Made by a program: the position numbers and the translations under genes. From Glaucostegus cemiculus (Eukaryota), in contig CDPCPM010000213.1 of assembly GCA_976551045.1 (NCBI GenBank), positions 6,572,001-6,636,000 on the forward strand: 64,000 nt of DNA, written 5' to 3'. Shown in pieces: positions 25,680-64,000 of this stretch. Under the pieces are notes generated by a model that saw only the letters and a program-made list of their open reading frames with translations, was not told where the DNA came from and made no database searches. How positions within the stretch are numbered: position 1 is the stretch's first letter; each line of letters opens with the position of its first letter.

Positions 25680-25797
25680 TAGATACTGGAAATCTGAAAT
25701 AAAAACAGAAAATGCTGGATATACTCACCAGGTCAGGGCATCTGAGGAAAGAGAAACAAAATTAATTTTCCAGGCCAGTGATCTTTCATCAGAACCA
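25680..25797 (-). repeat. Penelope-associated short repeat
   Basis: ctggaaatctgaaataaaaacagaaaatgctgga..caggtcagggcatctg..ctttcatcagaac. Confidence 0.65.
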
Positions 25798-26278
25798 GAT
25801 ATTTTCTGCAAAGGGAGGCTAGATTTCTCACAGATTTCTCCTCAGAAATCCTCCACAATGACGTGCTCCAAATGGCTATGAAGGGAAGGTTCATCAGGAA
25901 ACTGGGCTTGAACCCAGTGTATTATTTCTTTACAGAGCAGATCTGAGATACACAGCAGTAGGACCTTCCACACAGCAAATGCTGACAACTGAATAGCATC
26001 TCAAAAATATGTGGATTATAATTGGGTTCATGTCCTGCACCTAAGGATGCCCTAACCATCAGTTTGTTGTACTGAGGGGCAGCAGTGGAACAATTTCTTT
26101 GCTGATGGAAGATAAGGTCAACTAAGGCGGATGTAAAGGGAAAAACACAAACAATGCAGGAATCGCAGTCAAATCTATGGCAAATCAGCCTTTTGAATTG
26201 CAATAAGCAAATAACAATGATTTCAATCAACGTTCATTGAGAAAGAGAAAGTATTTTTCATTATTTTTATTATTGCTA

Positions 26279-26765
26279 TGACGTCAAAGCTGGTAGTAAA
26301 ACACATCGAGAAACTGTCACGTGACTGACAAACGCTTCAGATTGTGACATCACTCATTAACGTTGCCATGGTGCATTTTATGACGCTCGCCCAATCAAAA
26401 GCAAATTCTGACGGCAACCGGCCGGAGTGACGCCGATACGGTCCAATGGCCGTGGAGTTCCCGGAATACTGTCCCACCTTCATGTTAGGCAGCCAATCGG
26501 CGCTTGTAGGACTTGGCACCGGTCCAGGAGACGGGACACCACCCCCTTGCCATTGGCTGCAATGGTTTCGAGCGGCGGGCAGAGCAGCCAATGGGAGGGA
26601 GTGTGGTTGTATGCGCGCCCAGTGAGGGAGCGAGGAGGGCGGGCGGAGGCGGCCTTCCAGTGGCTGAAGGAAAGTTAGAGCGAGTGTGAACTGCAGTGTC
26701 AGGCAGTGGGGAACGGCGAGGGGAAGCGGGGGTCTCGTCCGTGGAGCTGGTGGCTGCCGCCATTT
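26279..26765 (+). promoter_or_regulatory. TATA-less proximal promoter motif cluster
   Basis: Full CRE TGACGTCA at 26279-26286. Palindromic E-box GTCACGTGAC at 26316-26325. TGACATCA at 26345. RFX-like GTTGCCATGG at 26362. Half-CRE TGACG at 26381, 26409 and 26428. CCAAT at 26391, 26443, 26493 and 26588, ATTGG at 26552. GC boxes at 26637-26646. YY1-like GCCGCCATTT at 26756-26765. Confidence 0.75.
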
Positions 26766-26806
26766 ATTGTTCTTTCAGTCCCTTTCCCAAGTCCGGTCGA
26801 TCGGCG

Positions 26807-62378
<35,572 letters not shown>

Positions 62379-62890
62379 ACTGGTAAACCTGCAAAAGGTA
62401 AATAGCTGACTGGAACTTTACACCAACAAGTTTGTGATAAGTACTACAGATTGTGGATGTCTTAGCTGTTGATGCATTGTTATCTGACTGCAGGTTTGTT
62501 TTGTATGTTAACAGGCCAATAATGGAAAATTTGGCAAAGTATTATTGGGACTTGTCTGTAAATATTTCTGCTAAAAGCAGTTAATTCATTGAAGCACCAA
62601 ACATCTGCTTTTCGCATCTATACATGTTGGAGTTTATGGTAACAAATTTGGAGATGCCTAACTAGTCTTTTCTGTACCTTTTTTAATTACAATAGTACAT
62701 TTTCTTCCTTGGCTTGAGTTGAAATGTTGCAAGTATAGTCATAGTAAGCACAAGCTTAAGTTGAAGAAAAATATAAAGACGTAGGACTATTCAATCCTGC
62801 CACTATCTAGTAACTTTGCTGGAGTACTTTTTCAGTCAGCTTTTAACCTTGTATAGTACCTTGTGTGCAAGACTGCTACAGTATTTAGAA

Positions 62891-62896
62891 AATAAA
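62891..62896 (+). terminator. Probable poly(A) signal of FAM117A (proximal)
   Basis: AATAAA about 510 nt after the stop, followed by U/GU-rich sequence (62930-62965). Further AATAAA at 63652 and 63939 could be distal signals. Confidence 0.55.
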
Positions 62897-64000
62897 ATTG
62901 TTTATATATTGAAAGATGCACATTGGAACCTTTTTTCGTGGATACTTTTCTTGCTCTTTACTTTATGAAAAGCATTAGGTTTTGCATTTTAAGTGGTGTA
63001 GAGCACTGAAAGGTGACTTGTAACTGCTGTTGACTTAAAGACTGTAGAATATAGTTGGAGTAGAATTGATGCACAGATTGAACAATTGAGCAGAGTGAAA
63101 TACTGAAACAGTGAGGATACTCTAGCAGCAAGTACACATTTCCTGTCAATCTCACACTTTGTTTGATCAGCTTCAAAGCCTTATTTCTGTAGGTAAGAGT
63201 ATAATGACATGGCTTTAGCTCATTAATGGGGATGCCACAAAGGAAATGAAATTCCTGTTTATCTGGTATTGAACAATTAAAACTTTCATTATTTTTGAGA
63301 CTGGGTGAAAATGAATTGCCGCAAAATTACCTTGCTGCAAAAGAGTAGGAGAGTATTTTAAAATCAACTTGTCAATCAAGGTAACAATTCAAATAGGGAG
63401 TTGATGAATTAATTGGGATCGAAAATGTGGAAAGTGATTGGACTAATTAAAAATCAAGTTAATACCCAATTTCCATATGTAAAATTGGGATTGAGGTTAT
63501 ACTGATAGAAACTGTGCAATGAGCTAGCATAAAATTATGTCTCTTGACACAGTGCACAAGTATTTTGGATTGCTATTGTTTTACACAACACAGTATATTT
63601 ACTGTCCACTTTCTTTTGTACCCCTTTTTTTTCTAGTTTGCTCTAAAAAAAAATAAAAAAAATTTAACATCATAATCTGGAGTTTGCCTACACTTTGGGT
63701 ATGAATTTTTTTCTATGGTTTGCAATTCTAAATGCAACTGCTGAGAAGTTGTTACTTCTCTAAATATTCTGCACTCAATTCCTAATTCATTTTTGAATAA
63801 TTTGAAATTTCTGTACTAGTGTTTAAATATTGGAAGTAAATACTTTTGAGATGAATGCAAAGAAAAAAAGTTCCATGCCACTCTTTAGGACCAGAGGTTG
63901 AAAAGTATTGGCATAATTCAACAATTTGGTTGCACCATAATAAAGTTTTGGTTCTTAAGGGGTGGGAGAGACAAAGGGGGAAACGAGCAATGAGCACAAG

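Noticed and set aside
1-26270. A neighbouring gene such as KAT7 or TAC4 (near FAM117A in human) upstream
   Set aside because: I found no MYST-domain exons or FxGLM tachykinin motif by eye. Small exons could have been missed, and TBLASTN would settle it.

Overview
This is AT-rich, CpG-depleted vertebrate genomic DNA. The repeat content (HE1/V-SINE-like SINEs, Deu-domain SINEs, CR1 LINEs, Penelope-like repeats, Rex1/Babar) points to a cartilaginous fish, probably a ray or other batoid (inference). One protein-coding gene is supported: an 8-exon FAM117-family gene on the + strand, best matching FAM117A. I assembled its CDS by hand from 26807 to 62378: 1551 nt, 516 aa, all introns GT-AG with consistent phases. 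It starts in a CpG island with a dense CRE/E-box/CCAAT/GC-box promoter. The upstream 26 kb and the introns are mostly decayed transposons, and nearly all other ORFs in the track are noise or TE fragments. I found no convincing previously undescribed biological system. The most notable items are decayed hammerhead-like cores in Penelope-type repeats, SINEs with a shared head but different LINE-like tails, a young Rex1/Babar insertion with a near-identical tail copy, a nested CR1, and a FAM117A that keeps paralog-bridging features. Family assignments rest on recalled consensus sequences, not on searches.
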